From an uncultured Acidobacteriota bacterium (GTDB lineage: Bacteria > Acidobacteriota > Terriglobia > Acidiferrales > 2-02-FULL-67-57): a stretch of 39,641 nucleotides of DNA. The position numbers were made by a program, and so were the translations under genes. The notes below the pieces were generated by a model, which saw only the letters and a list, made by a program, of their open reading frames with translations, was not told the DNA's origin and did no database searches. The stretch covers positions 1 to 39,641 of the forward strand of contig CAYTXK010000001.1 in the NCBI GenBank assembly GCA_964441645.1, written 5' to 3'. The stretch's first letter is position 1; each line of letters begins with the position of its first letter. Positions 6,388 through 14,879 of this stretch are shown here, one piece after another.

Positions 6388-9328
6388 CTGCGGCTTCCAC
6401 TGTGCTCTCCGGCTCTTCGGCAGGAGCGCCCAGCGACTGCTCGAAGGCCGGGCAGAGCAGCCGATAGTCACAATAGCGGCAGGGATAGCCCGGCTGGGGC
6501 GCGAAGGCGCCGGCGCGAATGCCCTCGGCAACCTCTCGCAGGCTTTCTCGAGCCCGCTCCAAGGTCTTTTCGGCCGGGGCAAAGCTATGCGCCTGATTGA
6601 GGGTGAAGTTGTACAAGGTCAGCCGCGCGGGCTCGAGCCCCAACTTGTAACGCGCGGCCAGCGCGTACAGGGCGAGTTGCACGCTTTTCTCTATCTTCTC
6701 AGGAGGCCGCGGTTGGCCGGTTTTGTACTCGACGATCTCGACCGCCCGCCCGCTGAGGCGGTTGATCTGGTCCATGCGGCCGGTGAGCACCATGTCCTCC
6801 CACTCCCAGCGAAAGGTTTTCTCCAGCTCGAGCACGGCCGATGGTTCGCTGCTCGCCTGTTGGCAGAATTCCTGAAGTTGTTGCAGGCCCGCCGTGCGGT
6901 AGAGCTCTCGCTGAAAGGTGTCGTGGAAGGGCCAGCCGGTTTCGCGCCACTGCTGTTCGTAAATGTGCTGAACCTCGTCAGCGGAAACTACGGGCAGGTG
7001 CTGGCGGGCTCGAAAGAACTCCACCACGCTGCGGTGCATGATCTGGCCGAACACCATGGCCGGGGTGCGCGCGCCGGGAAGCCCCCAGAGATGAGCAAAT
7101 TGGTACTTGAGCGGGCACTGCTGATACGTTTCCAACGCTGAATGGCTCAGGGTGAGCGGTTCCTTGATGAGGGAATCAACCGGCTGGCCGGCCCAGGCGG
7201 CGATGCGGGAGGAGAAAGTCGCCGCGGAAGGAAAGAGCGCCTGTTGCTCACTCTCTGGTGGAGGCGCGGAAGCGGGCGGGGGCGGGGCCGGACTCACCTG
7301 TTCGAGGTCGCGCGCCGAGTGCGGGTCGCGCAGGACGTCCTCCAGAAAAACCGAGAGTTGTTTGCGCGGAGCGTTGAGGGTGCTGAGAGCCAGCCGCTCG
7401 CGCGCCCGCGTCAAGGCCACGTAGCAGAGGCGGCGCTCCTCCTGAATGCGGAAGTCGCCCACCGGCAGCGCCTCTTTCATCAGCTCGGGAGGGAACTCGA
7501 ACAGAAGCGGGCGAGGCCGCGCCGGGAAGTCGCCTTGATTGAGGCGTAGGACAAAAACCGAATCAAACTCCAACCCCTTGGCGGCATGAACGGTCATCAA
7601 TTGAACCACATCGGGGTTGAGGGACCCTTCCGGGAGGTCGATCTGACCGCCGGCTTCCTGGAAGTAATCGAAGTACTGGATGAATTCGGACAGCTTTTGG
7701 GTGTCGCTCTTGTCGGTTTCCCAGGTGCGCAGGAAGCGGATGAAGGTGTCGAAGTAGGGGCGTTCGGGGTCGGAGGGCAATAACTGAATCCCGAGGCGCT
7801 CGAGAAGCGAGTCCAGAAGCTCGCTGAGGGGGAGCTCGGCCGCCGCGGCGCGAAAGTCGGCAAGGAGGCGGAGAAGGTCCCCCAGTCGGGTGTGCTGGTC
7901 GCGCACGCGCGGGGGGAGGTCTGCGATAGCTTTGGCCAGTGAGGGCTGCTCGCGAGTCAGGCGGCCGAGGAGGTCGAAAAACAGCTCGCGGGTGAAACTC
8001 CAGGCGGGGATGGCCAGCAGGCGCGCGCAGCTCACATTGTCGCGAGGATTCTCGATAGCGCGCAGATAGGCCAGTAGGTCGCGCACCAGCGGGCTGGTGA
8101 GAATGGAGAGGCCGCGAATCACAAAGGGGATGCGGGCCCGCAGGAGTTCTTGCACCAGCACGTCGCGGTGCGCGTGGGCGCGGTAGAGAATAGCGATGCC
8201 GGCATAGGCGCCCGTCTGCTGGCGGAGACGCTCGATGGCCGAGCGCACGTAGGCGGCTTCCGCGGCCGCACCGGACAGTTCGGCTAAGCGCACCTTTTCT
8301 CCGCCGGGCGCGCGCGGCAGGAGCCGCTTGTTGGGGTCGAAGCGCGCCGGTCCGTTCTGAGCAATCAGCGTGGTGGCCACCGAAAGGATGCGGGCCGTGG
8401 AGCGGTAGTTCTGGGCGAGGGTGATCTTGCGGCAATCGGGAAAGAGGTCCTGAAATTTCTTGAAGCTCGCATAGGAGGCGCCACGAAAACGATAGATGGC
8501 CTGATCGTCGTCGCCGACCGCGGTGAGGTTGCGATGGCGGCCCGCCAATAGGGCCAGCAGCTCGATTTGCGCGATGTTGGCGTCCTGGAATTCGTCCACG
8601 AGAATGTAGCGGTATTGCTCCTGATACTGAGCAAGGACATCGGGGCGGGAGCGAAGCAGCTCGACGGCGGAAAACTGCGAGCTGCCGAAGGTGGTGCGCT
8701 GGGCTTCCGCGAGCAACTGCTCGGCGGCGGCGTAGGCGCGGGCCAGCTCCTGCTGCCGGGCCAGCTCCTCGGCGCGCTTGCGCTTCTCGTCGTCCCCGAG
8801 CCAAATCTTTTCCTCTTCGAAGCGCGCCGCCAGTTTGTCCACATGCCGCGCGTAATCCTCCGGACTCACCAGCTCGTCCTGGCAGCGGGAGAAAAACTCC
8901 CGGAAGTCATTGAGAAAGCGGCCAGGCTCGGAGAGGCGCAGGAAGAGGTTGAGGCCGAGCCGGTCCAGGCGCCGGCGCAGGAAAATCCAATAGTCGTAGT
9001 TGTCGAGGATTTTCAGCGCTTGCTGATGGCGCTGCAGTAGGTCGTAGCAGAAAGCGTGATAGGTGTAGACCCCGACGCGCTCGGCGCGTTTGTCCCCGGC
9101 GCGGCGGATGCGCGCCTGCATTTCCGCGGCGGCTTTCTCGGTAAAGGTGATGGCGAGAAGGTTTTCCCCCTCGAGCTCCGGGATGGTTTCGAGTAAGTAG
9201 GTGACGCGCTCGGTGATGACGCGGGTCTTGCCGGTGCCGGCGCCGGCAATCACCAGCAGCGGCCCGTGGAGATGCTCCACGGCGGCGCGCTGCTGGGGGT
9301 TGAGATCCAAAACCGCCGGAGTCCTCAT
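6380..9328 (-). CDS. UvrD/Rep/PcrA-type SF1 helicase fused to a C-terminal PD-(D/E)XK nuclease with Cas4/AddB-like Cys cluster
   Basis: Walker A GAGTGKT, motif II VDEFQDAN, QNYRST, VHAAKGLEFDSVFV and YVALTRARERL are all present. The C-terminal domain has GRMDQIN...EIVEYKTG (D..E.K) plus one N-terminal Cys (YQQCPLKY) and CRYCDYRLLC (C-x2-C-x5-C). Confidence 0.9.
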   Translation of the reverse strand: MRTPAVLDLNPQQRAAVEHLHGPLLVIAGAGTGKTRVITERVTYLLETIPELEGENLLAITFTEKAAAEMQARIRRAGDKRAERVGVYTYHAFCYDLLQRHQQALKILDNYDYWIFLRRRLDRLGLNLFLRLSEPGRFLNDFREFFSRCQDELVSPEDYARHVDKLAARFEEEKIWLGDDEKRKRAEELARQQELARAYAAAEQLLAEAQRTTFGSSQFSAVELLRSRPDVLAQYQEQYRYILVDEFQDANIAQIELLALLAGRHRNLTAVGDDDQAIYRFRGASYASFKKFQDLFPDCRKITLAQNYRSTARILSVATTLIAQNGPARFDPNKRLLPRAPGGEKVRLAELSGAAAEAAYVRSAIERLRQQTGAYAGIAILYRAHAHRDVLVQELLRARIPFVIRGLSILTSPLVRDLLAYLRAIENPRDNVSCARLLAIPAWSFTRELFFDLLGRLTREQPSLAKAIADLPPRVRDQHTRLGDLLRLLADFRAAAAELPLSELLDSLLERLGIQLLPSDPERPYFDTFIRFLRTWETDKSDTQKLSEFIQYFDYFQEAGGQIDLPEGSLNPDVVQLMTVHAAKGLEFDSVFVLRLNQGDFPARPRPLLFEFPPELMKEALPVGDFRIQEERRLCYVALTRARERLALSTLNAPRKQLSVFLEDVLRDPHSARDLEQVSPAPPPPASAPPPESEQQALFPSAATFSSRIAAWAGQPVDSLIKEPLTLSHSALETYQQCPLKYQFAHLWGLPGARTPAMVFGQIMHRSVVEFFRARQHLPVVSADEVQHIYEQQWRETGWPFHDTFQRELYRTAGLQQLQEFCQQASSEPSAVLELEKTFRWEWEDMVLTGRMDQINRLSGRAVEIVEYKTGQPRPPEKIEKSVQLALYALAARYKLGLEPARLTLYNFTLNQAHSFAPAEKTLERARESLREVAEGIRAGAFAPQPGYPCRYCDYRLLCPAFEQSLGAPAEEPESTVEAAEN

Positions 9329-10017
9329 TGGGTCAGGAGATCGACAACATCGAGGGCATCGGCGGGGTGTGCGTGGCCGTTCTCGAAATGGGCAAAATCA
9401 ATCAAGAATACCGCGGCGAGTAGTAGGGCCTTCTTTACTACATCGAATTCAACCGGGAAGTCGACACCAAAGTTATCTGTGTCGGTAAAGACTTCTTTGA
9501 ACGTTCCGCTCCATTTCTTAACGATCTGCCCCATAGTCCCATTTCCCTGCTGAACTTGAAACGTCCACGGATGCCAGAAGGGGCCGATGATTCGAAAGAT
9601 CTCTTTGTCGGAGGAGTCCCAGACTGAATAGACTCTGCGCACGATTGAAAATCGGGCTTGGATCGTACCAAAGAATTTGTGACTCGCATTAAAGACGTTG
9701 AACCGATAGAAAAAGAATCGAAACGGCTTTTCGATCACGAGCAGCGGTTGCTGGTCGGGCGTCAGAATATGCATCGTAAAGGGACGGGCGCTCCCCAAGA
9801 ACAGGCGGGCAAGAAACGACCCGGCCACCTCCGCCGCCAAGAACAGTTCCTGTCCCTGCTGGTCGAACACCACATACCTGTTTCTGGTCTCGAAGCCGAG
9901 CAGAATCTCTGCCCACTCCTTTTTCTGCGAAACAATCAGCGAGTGAGCACTGCTCAGCGGTTCAAGCGTTGCTTTTCGACCGGGAGTTGTGGGGACAACA
10001 TCCATGCAGGCTCCCAT
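9325..10017 (-). CDS. phospholipid scramblase (PLSCR/Tubby-C-like fold) family protein
   Basis: The repeated-beta-strand sequence (ILLGFETRNRYVVFDQQGQELFLAAE..., FRIIGPFWHPWTFQVQ, GQIVKKWSG) matches the family. The C-terminal KKALLLAAVFLIDFAHFE closely matches the eukaryotic PLSCR C-terminal motif (..AVMIGACFLIDFMFFE). Its stop overlaps the helicase ATG (ATGA at 9325..9328). The second ATG at 10005 has the better SD spacing (GGGAGcctgcATG). Confidence 0.78.
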   Translation of the reverse strand: MGACMDVVPTTPGRKATLEPLSSAHSLIVSQKKEWAEILLGFETRNRYVVFDQQGQELFLAAEVAGSFLARLFLGSARPFTMHILTPDQQPLLVIEKPFRFFFYRFNVFNASHKFFGTIQARFSIVRRVYSVWDSSDKEIFRIIGPFWHPWTFQVQQGNGTMGQIVKKWSGTFKEVFTDTDNFGVDFPVEFDVVKKALLLAAVFLIDFAHFENGHAHPADALDVVDLLTQ

Positions 10018-10129
10018 TATGCCGGCGAAGCTGCTCCAAGTTTATCAGGAAGCCGCGTGTAAGGGGCAGGTGGGGTAGTAACAATACCCTCAACCGACTT
10101 ATAATCGTCTGGAAGAGAAGGAGAAGGCC

Positions 10130-11308
10130 ATGAGGCAAGCGGTCATCGTGAGCGCCGTGCGGACGGCGATTGGCAAATTCATGGGGACGCTGGCGCCGTT
10201 TTCGGCCCCCGCGCTGGGCGCCCAAGTGGTGGCGGAGGCGGTGAAGCGGGCGGGCGTGGAGCCGGAGAGTGTTAACGAGATCATTATGGGCAACGTGGTG
10301 TCGGCCGGGCTGGGGCAGAACCCGGCACGACAAGCCGGGCTGCGTGGCGGGTTGCGGCCGCAGGTGGCCGCCATGACCATCAACAAGGTTTGCGGCTCGG
10401 GCTTGAAGGCGGTGGCGCTAGCGGCGCAGGCCATCGCCACCGAAAACGCTGAGGTGGTGGTGGCAGGCGGGATGGAATCGATGAGCAACTGTCCCTACAT
10501 CCTGCCCAAGGCCCGCGAAGGCTTCCGCCTGGGCCATGCGCAGTTGCTCGACTCGATGATTACTGACGGGCTGTGGGACGTCTACGAAGATTTCCACATG
10601 GGAATCACGGCCGAGCTGGTGGCCGAAAAATACAAAATCAGCCGCGAGGAACAGGACCGCTTTGCGTTAGAAAGCCACCAGAAAGCCGTGGCGGCTGGCA
10701 AGGAGTGCCGATTCGAATCGCAAATTCTTCCGATCGAAATTCCGCAGAAGAAGGGCGAACCCCTGCGCTTTACCAAAGACGAGTCGCCCCGCGAAGACAC
10801 GACGCTCGAAAGGCTCGCCAGTTTGAAGCCGGCCTTCAAGAAAGACGGCACCGTAACGGCCGGGAACGCCCCGGGGACGAACGACGGCGCGGCGGCGCTG
10901 GTAGTGACGTCGGAAGAGTGGGCGGCGAAGAACGGCAAGACGCCGCTGGCGCGCATCGTCGGCCAGGCGGTGAGCGGGGTCGAGCCGCGCTGGGTGATGA
11001 TGGCGCCGGTAGATGCCATCAACAGCCTGCTGAAGAAAATCGGCTGGACCCGCGACCAAGTGGACCTCTACGAGCTCAACGAAGCCTTTGCCGTGCAGGC
11101 GCTGGCGGTGATGCGCGAGTTGCAGCTCGACCCCGCCCGGGTGAACGTCAACGGGGGCGCGGTGGCGCTGGGTCATCCCATCGGAGCCAGCGGCGCGCGC
11201 CTGCTGGTGACGCTCCTGCATGAGATGGCGCGGCGGAAGGTCAAGCGCGGCATCGCGGCGCTGTGCCTGGGCGGCGGCAACGCCGTAGCTCTGGCGGTCG
11301 AGCGCTAG
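10130..11308 (+). CDS. acetyl-CoA C-acetyltransferase (thiolase II)
   Basis: [14 protein letters not shown] precedes the ATG. The active-site Cys is in [10 protein letters not shown], and [16 protein letters not shown] and [10 protein letters not shown] are present. Confidence 0.95.
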   Translation: MRQAVIVSAVRTAIGKFMGTLAPFSAPALGAQVVAEAVKRAGVEPESVNEIIMGNVVSAGLGQNPARQAGLRGGLRPQVAAMTINKVCGSGLKAVALAAQAIATENAEVVVAGGMESMSNCPYILPKAREGFRLGHAQLLDSMITDGLWDVYEDFHMGITAELVAEKYKISREEQDRFALESHQKAVAAGKECRFESQILPIEIPQKKGEPLRFTKDESPREDTTLERLASLKPAFKKDGTVTAGNAPGTNDGAAALVVTSEEWAAKNGKTPLARIVGQAVSGVEPRWVMMAPVDAINSLLKKIGWTRDQVDLYELNEAFAVQALAVMRELQLDPARVNVNGGAVALGHPIGASGARLLVTLLHEMARRKVKRGIAALCLGGGNAVALAVER

Positions 11309-11379
11309 TCCCGTTCCAACTCTCTGCTCACGCCGGTAGAGGCAACAGAGCAACAGTGCCTGTAGAGTTGGAACGGGAC
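11308..11379. repeat. perfect 16-bp inverted repeat (GTCCCGTTCCAACTCT / AGAGTTGGAACGGGAC) with 40-nt spacer
   Basis: Arm 1 is 11308..11323 and starts on the last base of the thiolase stop. Arm 2 is 11364..11379. The spacer contains a smaller AGGCA/TGCCT stem. No U-tract follows on either strand. Confidence 0.8.
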
Positions 11380-11392
11380 GAGGCAGGACACC

Positions 11393-11812
11393 TTGAGTCA
11401 TTGGCTACTGCTGGGGCTGGCGCTGGCCGGGGCGGGCATTTCGCTTTACTTCACCCTGGTTTACTACGGCCGGCTCCAGTCGCCTGAACTTCCCCCGGCG
11501 CTCTGCCGGCGCGAGGAACGCACCTGCTTGACCATCCTCGAAACCCCCTATGCGCGTCTGCTGGGTGTGCCCAACGCCCTGGTCGGGATTGGCTTCTACG
11601 CTCTGACGGGACTGGTGGCCAGCCTGTCGCTGGCGGGAACGCTGCCCCGCTGGCTCTGGCTCGCCAATTTTCTCGCGGCGGCCGGCACGGTCATCGTGGC
11701 ACCGTATCTCGTCTGGGCCCTGGTGGCGCGGCTCAAGGTCTGGTGCCGATTGTGACTGTTCAGCCACGTCGTGAACGTGGCCGTATTGCTTTTGTTGTGG
11801 GAATCGCGCTAG
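11393..11812 (+). CDS. vitamin K epoxide reductase (VKOR)-family membrane thiol oxidoreductase; the conventional ORF ends at TGA 11753..11755 and the read-through/Sec form ends at TAG 11810..11812
   Basis: Loop Cys pair in PPALCRREERTC; conserved TPYARLLGVPNALVGIGFY segment; three hydrophobic helices. The ORF stops as ..KVWCRL-TGA. In-frame continuation gives LFSHVVNVAVLLLLWESR, the expected last helix. The family assignment is firm. The extension past the TGA is a hypothesis. The TTG start at 11393 is uncertain. Confidence 0.6.
11763..11781 (+). other. hairpin 7 nt downstream of the in-frame TGA (candidate bacterial SECIS-like element)
   Basis: GCCACGT (11763..11769), loop CGTGA, ACGTGGC (11775..11781). 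The apical loop starts 17 nt from the U of UGA and contains GU. A mutually exclusive alternative GTTCA/TGAAC pairing also exists. Confidence 0.3.
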
Positions 11813-11831
11813 AAAGAAGCACCAGAACACC

Positions 11832-12095
11832 GTGGAAGCGGGCGAAAACACCGTGCGGGTGTGGGTGGGATTGAATCCCCTGCAGGCCAAACTGATGGAA
11901 CAGATCCTGCTCGACAACAAGGTAGAGTGCTTCTCGAGCCTGGACGCCGGGATGGTCTTGGCGGGCGGACGCTATGAGACCAGTCTGTGGGTGGCGCAGA
12001 AAGACGAGGCCCGCGCGCGCACCCTTCTCGAAACTGCGGAAGAGGAAATGAGCGCGGCCCTCGACCAAGAGCCGCCCCCGGACACCGAATCCTAG
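11832..12095 (+). CDS. small DUF2007-like protein (putative signal-transducing fold), hypothetical
   Basis: GTG start. The sequence [28 protein letters not shown]...[17 protein letters not shown] resembles the DUF2007 pattern. Third-position GC is coding-like. It lies immediately upstream of recA. Confidence 0.55.
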   Translation: MEAGENTVRVWVGLNPLQAKLMEQILLDNKVECFSSLDAGMVLAGGRYETSLWVAQKDEARARTLLETAEEEMSAALDQEPPPDTES

Positions 12096-12108
12096 AGAGG
12101 ATGAAACA

Positions 12109-13161
12109 ATGACAGATGAGCGCAAACGCCAGTTAGACCTGGCGGTCACGCAGATCGAGAAGCAGTTCGGCAAGGGCTCCATCATGCGCCTGGGGACGAA
12201 AGACATACTGGTTCCCGTGGCGGTGATTCCCACCGGCACCCTCTCGCTCGACCTGGCGCTGGGCGTAGGCGGGATGCCGCGCGGACGCGTGGTGGAAATC
12301 TTCGGGCCCGAAGCGGGGGGCAAGACCACGCTTGCCCTGCAAGTGATTGCCAGCGCCCAGAAGATGGGCGGGGTGGCCGCCTTTATTGACGCCGAGCACG
12401 CTCTGGATGCCCGCTATGCGAGCGCGCTGGGCGTGGACGTTGACAACCTGCTGGTCTCGCAGCCGGACTACGGCGAGCAAGCCCTGGAGATTGCGGAAAC
12501 CCTGATCCGCTCGGCGGCGCTGGATGTGGTGGTGGTGGATTCGGTGGCGGCGCTGGTACCCAAAGCGGAGCTGGAAGGGGAGATGGGGGAGCCGCAGATG
12601 GGCCTGCAAGCCCGGCTGATGTCGCAAGCGCTGCGGAAGCTGAAGGCGATTGTGAACAAGTCGAAGACCTGTTTGATTTTTATCAACCAGCTGCGGATGA
12701 AAATTGGCATCCTGTTCGGCAACCCGGAGACCACCCCGGGCGGCCGGGCGCTCAAGTTCTACTCCGATATCCGCATTGACATCCGCCGCATCGCCGCCAT
12801 CAAATCCGCCGAGCAGGTGATCGGGAACCACACGCGCGCCAAAGTGGTGAAGAACAAGCTGGCGGCGCCCTTCCGGGAGGCCGAATTCGACTTGCTCTAC
12901 GGGGAAGGGATTTCGCGCGAGACCGACCTGATTGATCTCGGAACCACGCAGGGCCTGGTCGAGAAGAGCGGCGGCGCCTGGTTCACCTACGAGGGCGAGC
13001 GCATTGGCCAGGGGCGCGACAACGCCCGGCTCTTTCTGCGCGAGCACCCCGACGTGCGGGATAAGCTCGACGCCGCGCTGCGCCAGAAACTGGGCTTGCC
13101 CGCCGCGGCCGCGGTTCAACCCGAAGAGGCGGCGCCCATTCCCCGGCCGAAACCGCGGTGA
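12109..13161 (+). CDS. recA: recombinase RecA
   Basis: [29 protein letters not shown], Walker [24 protein letters not shown] and [10 protein letters not shown] are present. Confidence 0.97.
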   Translation: MTDERKRQLDLAVTQIEKQFGKGSIMRLGTKDILVPVAVIPTGTLSLDLALGVGGMPRGRVVEIFGPEAGGKTTLALQVIASAQKMGGVAAFIDAEHALDARYASALGVDVDNLLVSQPDYGEQALEIAETLIRSAALDVVVVDSVAALVPKAELEGEMGEPQMGLQARLMSQALRKLKAIVNKSKTCLIFINQLRMKIGILFGNPETTPGGRALKFYSDIRIDIRRIAAIKSAEQVIGNHTRAKVVKNKLAAPFREAEFDLLYGEGISRETDLIDLGTTQGLVEKSGGAWFTYEGERIGQGRDNARLFLREHPDVRDKLDAALRQKLGLPAAAAVQPEEAAPIPRPKPR

Positions 13162-13197
13162 GGAATCCCCGTCCGCTGCCGGTGGCGAAAAAAACTC

Positions 13198-13226
13198 TTG
13201 CATCCGGTGGGCCGCTTCCTTACAAT
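13198..13226 (+). promoter_or_regulatory. sigma70-like promoter candidate (TTGCAT-17 nt-TACAAT) for the PBP-like gene
   Basis: TTGCAT lies at 13198..13203 and TACAAT at 13221..13226, about 50 nt upstream of ATG 13279. Confidence 0.4.
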
Positions 13227-13278
13227 AACTCTCACCTCGCAGCGCCGTAGCAGTAACCAAAAGTTCTCAGGGGTAACG

Positions 13279-14355
13279 ATGAGAGTGAAATACCACGCGC
13301 GCTGGTGGATTCTCCTGCTGCTTCTCTCCTTGCTGTCCTGCGCCTTCTCCCTGTCTGCGGCAACCAAGAAGAAGACGCCGCGGCGCCGCGCCGCTCGCTA
13401 TGCGGTGCCGAGCTACGGCAATCCTTCTGCCAAGGACAACACCGGAGCCGAGAACCCGGAGGTGCGCGCGGTGGCGGTTCGCGCCCTGGGCCGGTTCAAT
13501 GGCAGCGTGGTGGTGGTGGAGGCCGACACCGGCCGGGTCCTGACCATCGTCAATCAGTCCCTGGCGCTTTCGGCCGGCTTCAAACCCTGCTCCACCATCA
13601 AGGTGGCCATCGCGCTGGGCGCGCTGGAAGAAGGTCTGATTACTGGAGACACGCTGCTGCGGGTTTCTCGGCAAAAATCCATCAATCTCACCGAAGCTCT
13701 GGCCTACTCCGACAACCGCTTCTTTGAAATGCTGGGCGGGCAGATGGGTTTTGAAAAAGTCACCGCCTACGCGCGCCTGCTGGGCTTCGGCGAGCTGGCC
13801 GGCTACCTCATCGATGGCGAATACCCCGGCGCTTTCCCCACCGATCCTCCCGCCAACGGCGGCGTGGCGCGGATGTCGAGTTACGGAGAAGAAATCAAGA
13901 CTACACCCCTGCAACTGGCGGCGCTGATGGCGGCCTTCGCCAATGGCGGCACCCTCTACTATCTCCAGTATTCGCGCACCGAGGAGGAACAACTGTCCTT
14001 CAAGCCGCGGGTCAAGCGCCAGCTTCCCATCCAGCGCTGGCTGCCCGAGCTGCGGGCTGGAATGGAAGCCGCGGTGCTCTACGGCACGGCGCGCTCCAGC
14101 GGCGATACCGAGGAGCACATCCTCGGCAAGACCGGAACCTGCAGCGAGGAACGCGCCCGCTTGGGCTGGTTTGCTTCCTACGGAGAGCTGACGTCGGGGA
14201 AGCGGCTGGCGGTGGTGGTGCTGTTGCGGGGAGGCTCGGTCTTTAACGGCGGCAAGGCCGCCCAGGTCGCCGCGCAGGTGTACCGCGGCCTGGGCGAGTC
14301 CTACATTCTGGCGCTCCATCCTGAGCCCGCGCTGCCGCTGGCGCCGGCGCAGTGA
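13279..14355 (+). CDS. penicillin-binding transpeptidase-domain protein (serine beta-lactamase/PBP fold), exported
   Basis: ATG 13279 gives MRVKYHARWWILLLLLSLLSCAFS, a signal peptide with a possible lipobox (LLSC). The active-site triad of motifs is present: S-x-x-K (CSTIKV), S-x-N (YSDN) and K-T-G (GKTGTC). Confidence 0.85.
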   Translation: MRVKYHARWWILLLLLSLLSCAFSLSAATKKKTPRRRAARYAVPSYGNPSAKDNTGAENPEVRAVAVRALGRFNGSVVVVEADTGRVLTIVNQSLALSAGFKPCSTIKVAIALGALEEGLITGDTLLRVSRQKSINLTEALAYSDNRFFEMLGGQMGFEKVTAYARLLGFGELAGYLIDGEYPGAFPTDPPANGGVARMSSYGEEIKTTPLQLAALMAAFANGGTLYYLQYSRTEEEQLSFKPRVKRQLPIQRWLPELRAGMEAAVLYGTARSSGDTEEHILGKTGTCSEERARLGWFASYGELTSGKRLAVVVLLRGGSVFNGGKAAQVAAQVYRGLGESYILALHPEPALPLAPAQ

Positions 14356-14434
14356 AGAGCGCCGCAGCGTAAGGATTCCGCCGCCCGCTGGCGCGGTATA
14401 ATCTTCCTTCGCAGAACGGAATCGCCTCCGACAA

Positions 14435-14674
14435 ATGACTTTTCTGGAAGTCAACTACCGCTACGCCGGACCACTCACCCCCGCGCAACTGAAGCGTCTG
14501 GGAGAGTTGCCCAGCCAGTACGGCATCCGCCGCCTGCGGCTCGACGAAGCCAACTCCATGGTCCGCATCGAGTACGACGCCTCGCGCCTCAAGGAAACGG
14601 AAGTTGTGCACGGGGTGCGCGGGGCCGGGATTCCGCTCACCGAGCGCGTCGCGCTCGATCGCCTCGTCGCCTGA
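14435..14674 (+). CDS. hypothetical 79-aa protein
   Basis: ATG-initiated ORF with a strong GC3 bias like neighbouring genes. TATAAT at 14397..14402 lies upstream. I recognise no motif. Confidence 0.5.
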   Translation: MTFLEVNYRYAGPLTPAQLKRLGELPSQYGIRRLRLDEANSMVRIEYDASRLKETEVVHGVRGAGIPLTERVALDRLVA

Positions 14675-14815
14675 GAGAGGCGGCCGCAGGCGCCAGCCTC
14701 GAGTAAAAACGAGGAAGGTGGCAGCTCGCACCGGAGGGGCTCAGGTCAGCTTGTGGCCGCCTGAGTTGGGGTTGGCGATGCAGTTCTCCGGGCCTGTGAG
14801 AGGACCACCGTGCGG

Positions 14816-14879
14816 AATAAAAACCAACAGCCTGGGGCCGGGTGCGAGGGTTGCGCTCGCCACGCCGGCCGCCAGGCTG
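14816..14879 (-). terminator. orphan intrinsic terminator oriented on the minus strand
   Basis: There is a ~21-bp interrupted GC-rich stem, CAGCCTGG-GGCCGG-GTGCGAG (14828..14848) pairing with CTCGCCAC-CCGGCC-g-CCAGGCTG (14856..14879), with loop GGTTGCG. On the minus strand it is followed by TTGGTTTTTATT (complement of 14816..14827). No minus-strand gene is annotated immediately upstream of it. Confidence 0.45.

Noticed and set aside
7563-8804. 413-aa ORF on the same strand as the helicase gene but in another frame. Other internal alternative-frame ORFs include 8365..8844 and 10573..11223.
   Set aside because: They are fully embedded in well-supported genes and are Arg/Pro-rich with no motifs. 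They are frame artefacts of GC-rich coding sequence.
11756-12108. I searched upstream of recA and the DUF2007 gene for a LexA/SOS box (direct repeat GTTC-N7-GTTC reported for Acidobacteria, or GAAC-N4-GTTC).
   Set aside because: Only GTTCA..TGAAC at 11758..11776 was found. Its spacing is wrong and it overlaps the post-TGA hairpin, so no convincing SOS box can be claimed.
14715-14770. GGAAGG..GCAGC and CAGGTCAG strings reminiscent of the SRP (4.5S) RNA domain IV.
   Set aside because: The elements are in the wrong order relative to the conserved CAGGUC..GGAAGGAAGCAGCC arrangement. I could not fold the expected helix 8, so it is not supportable by eye.
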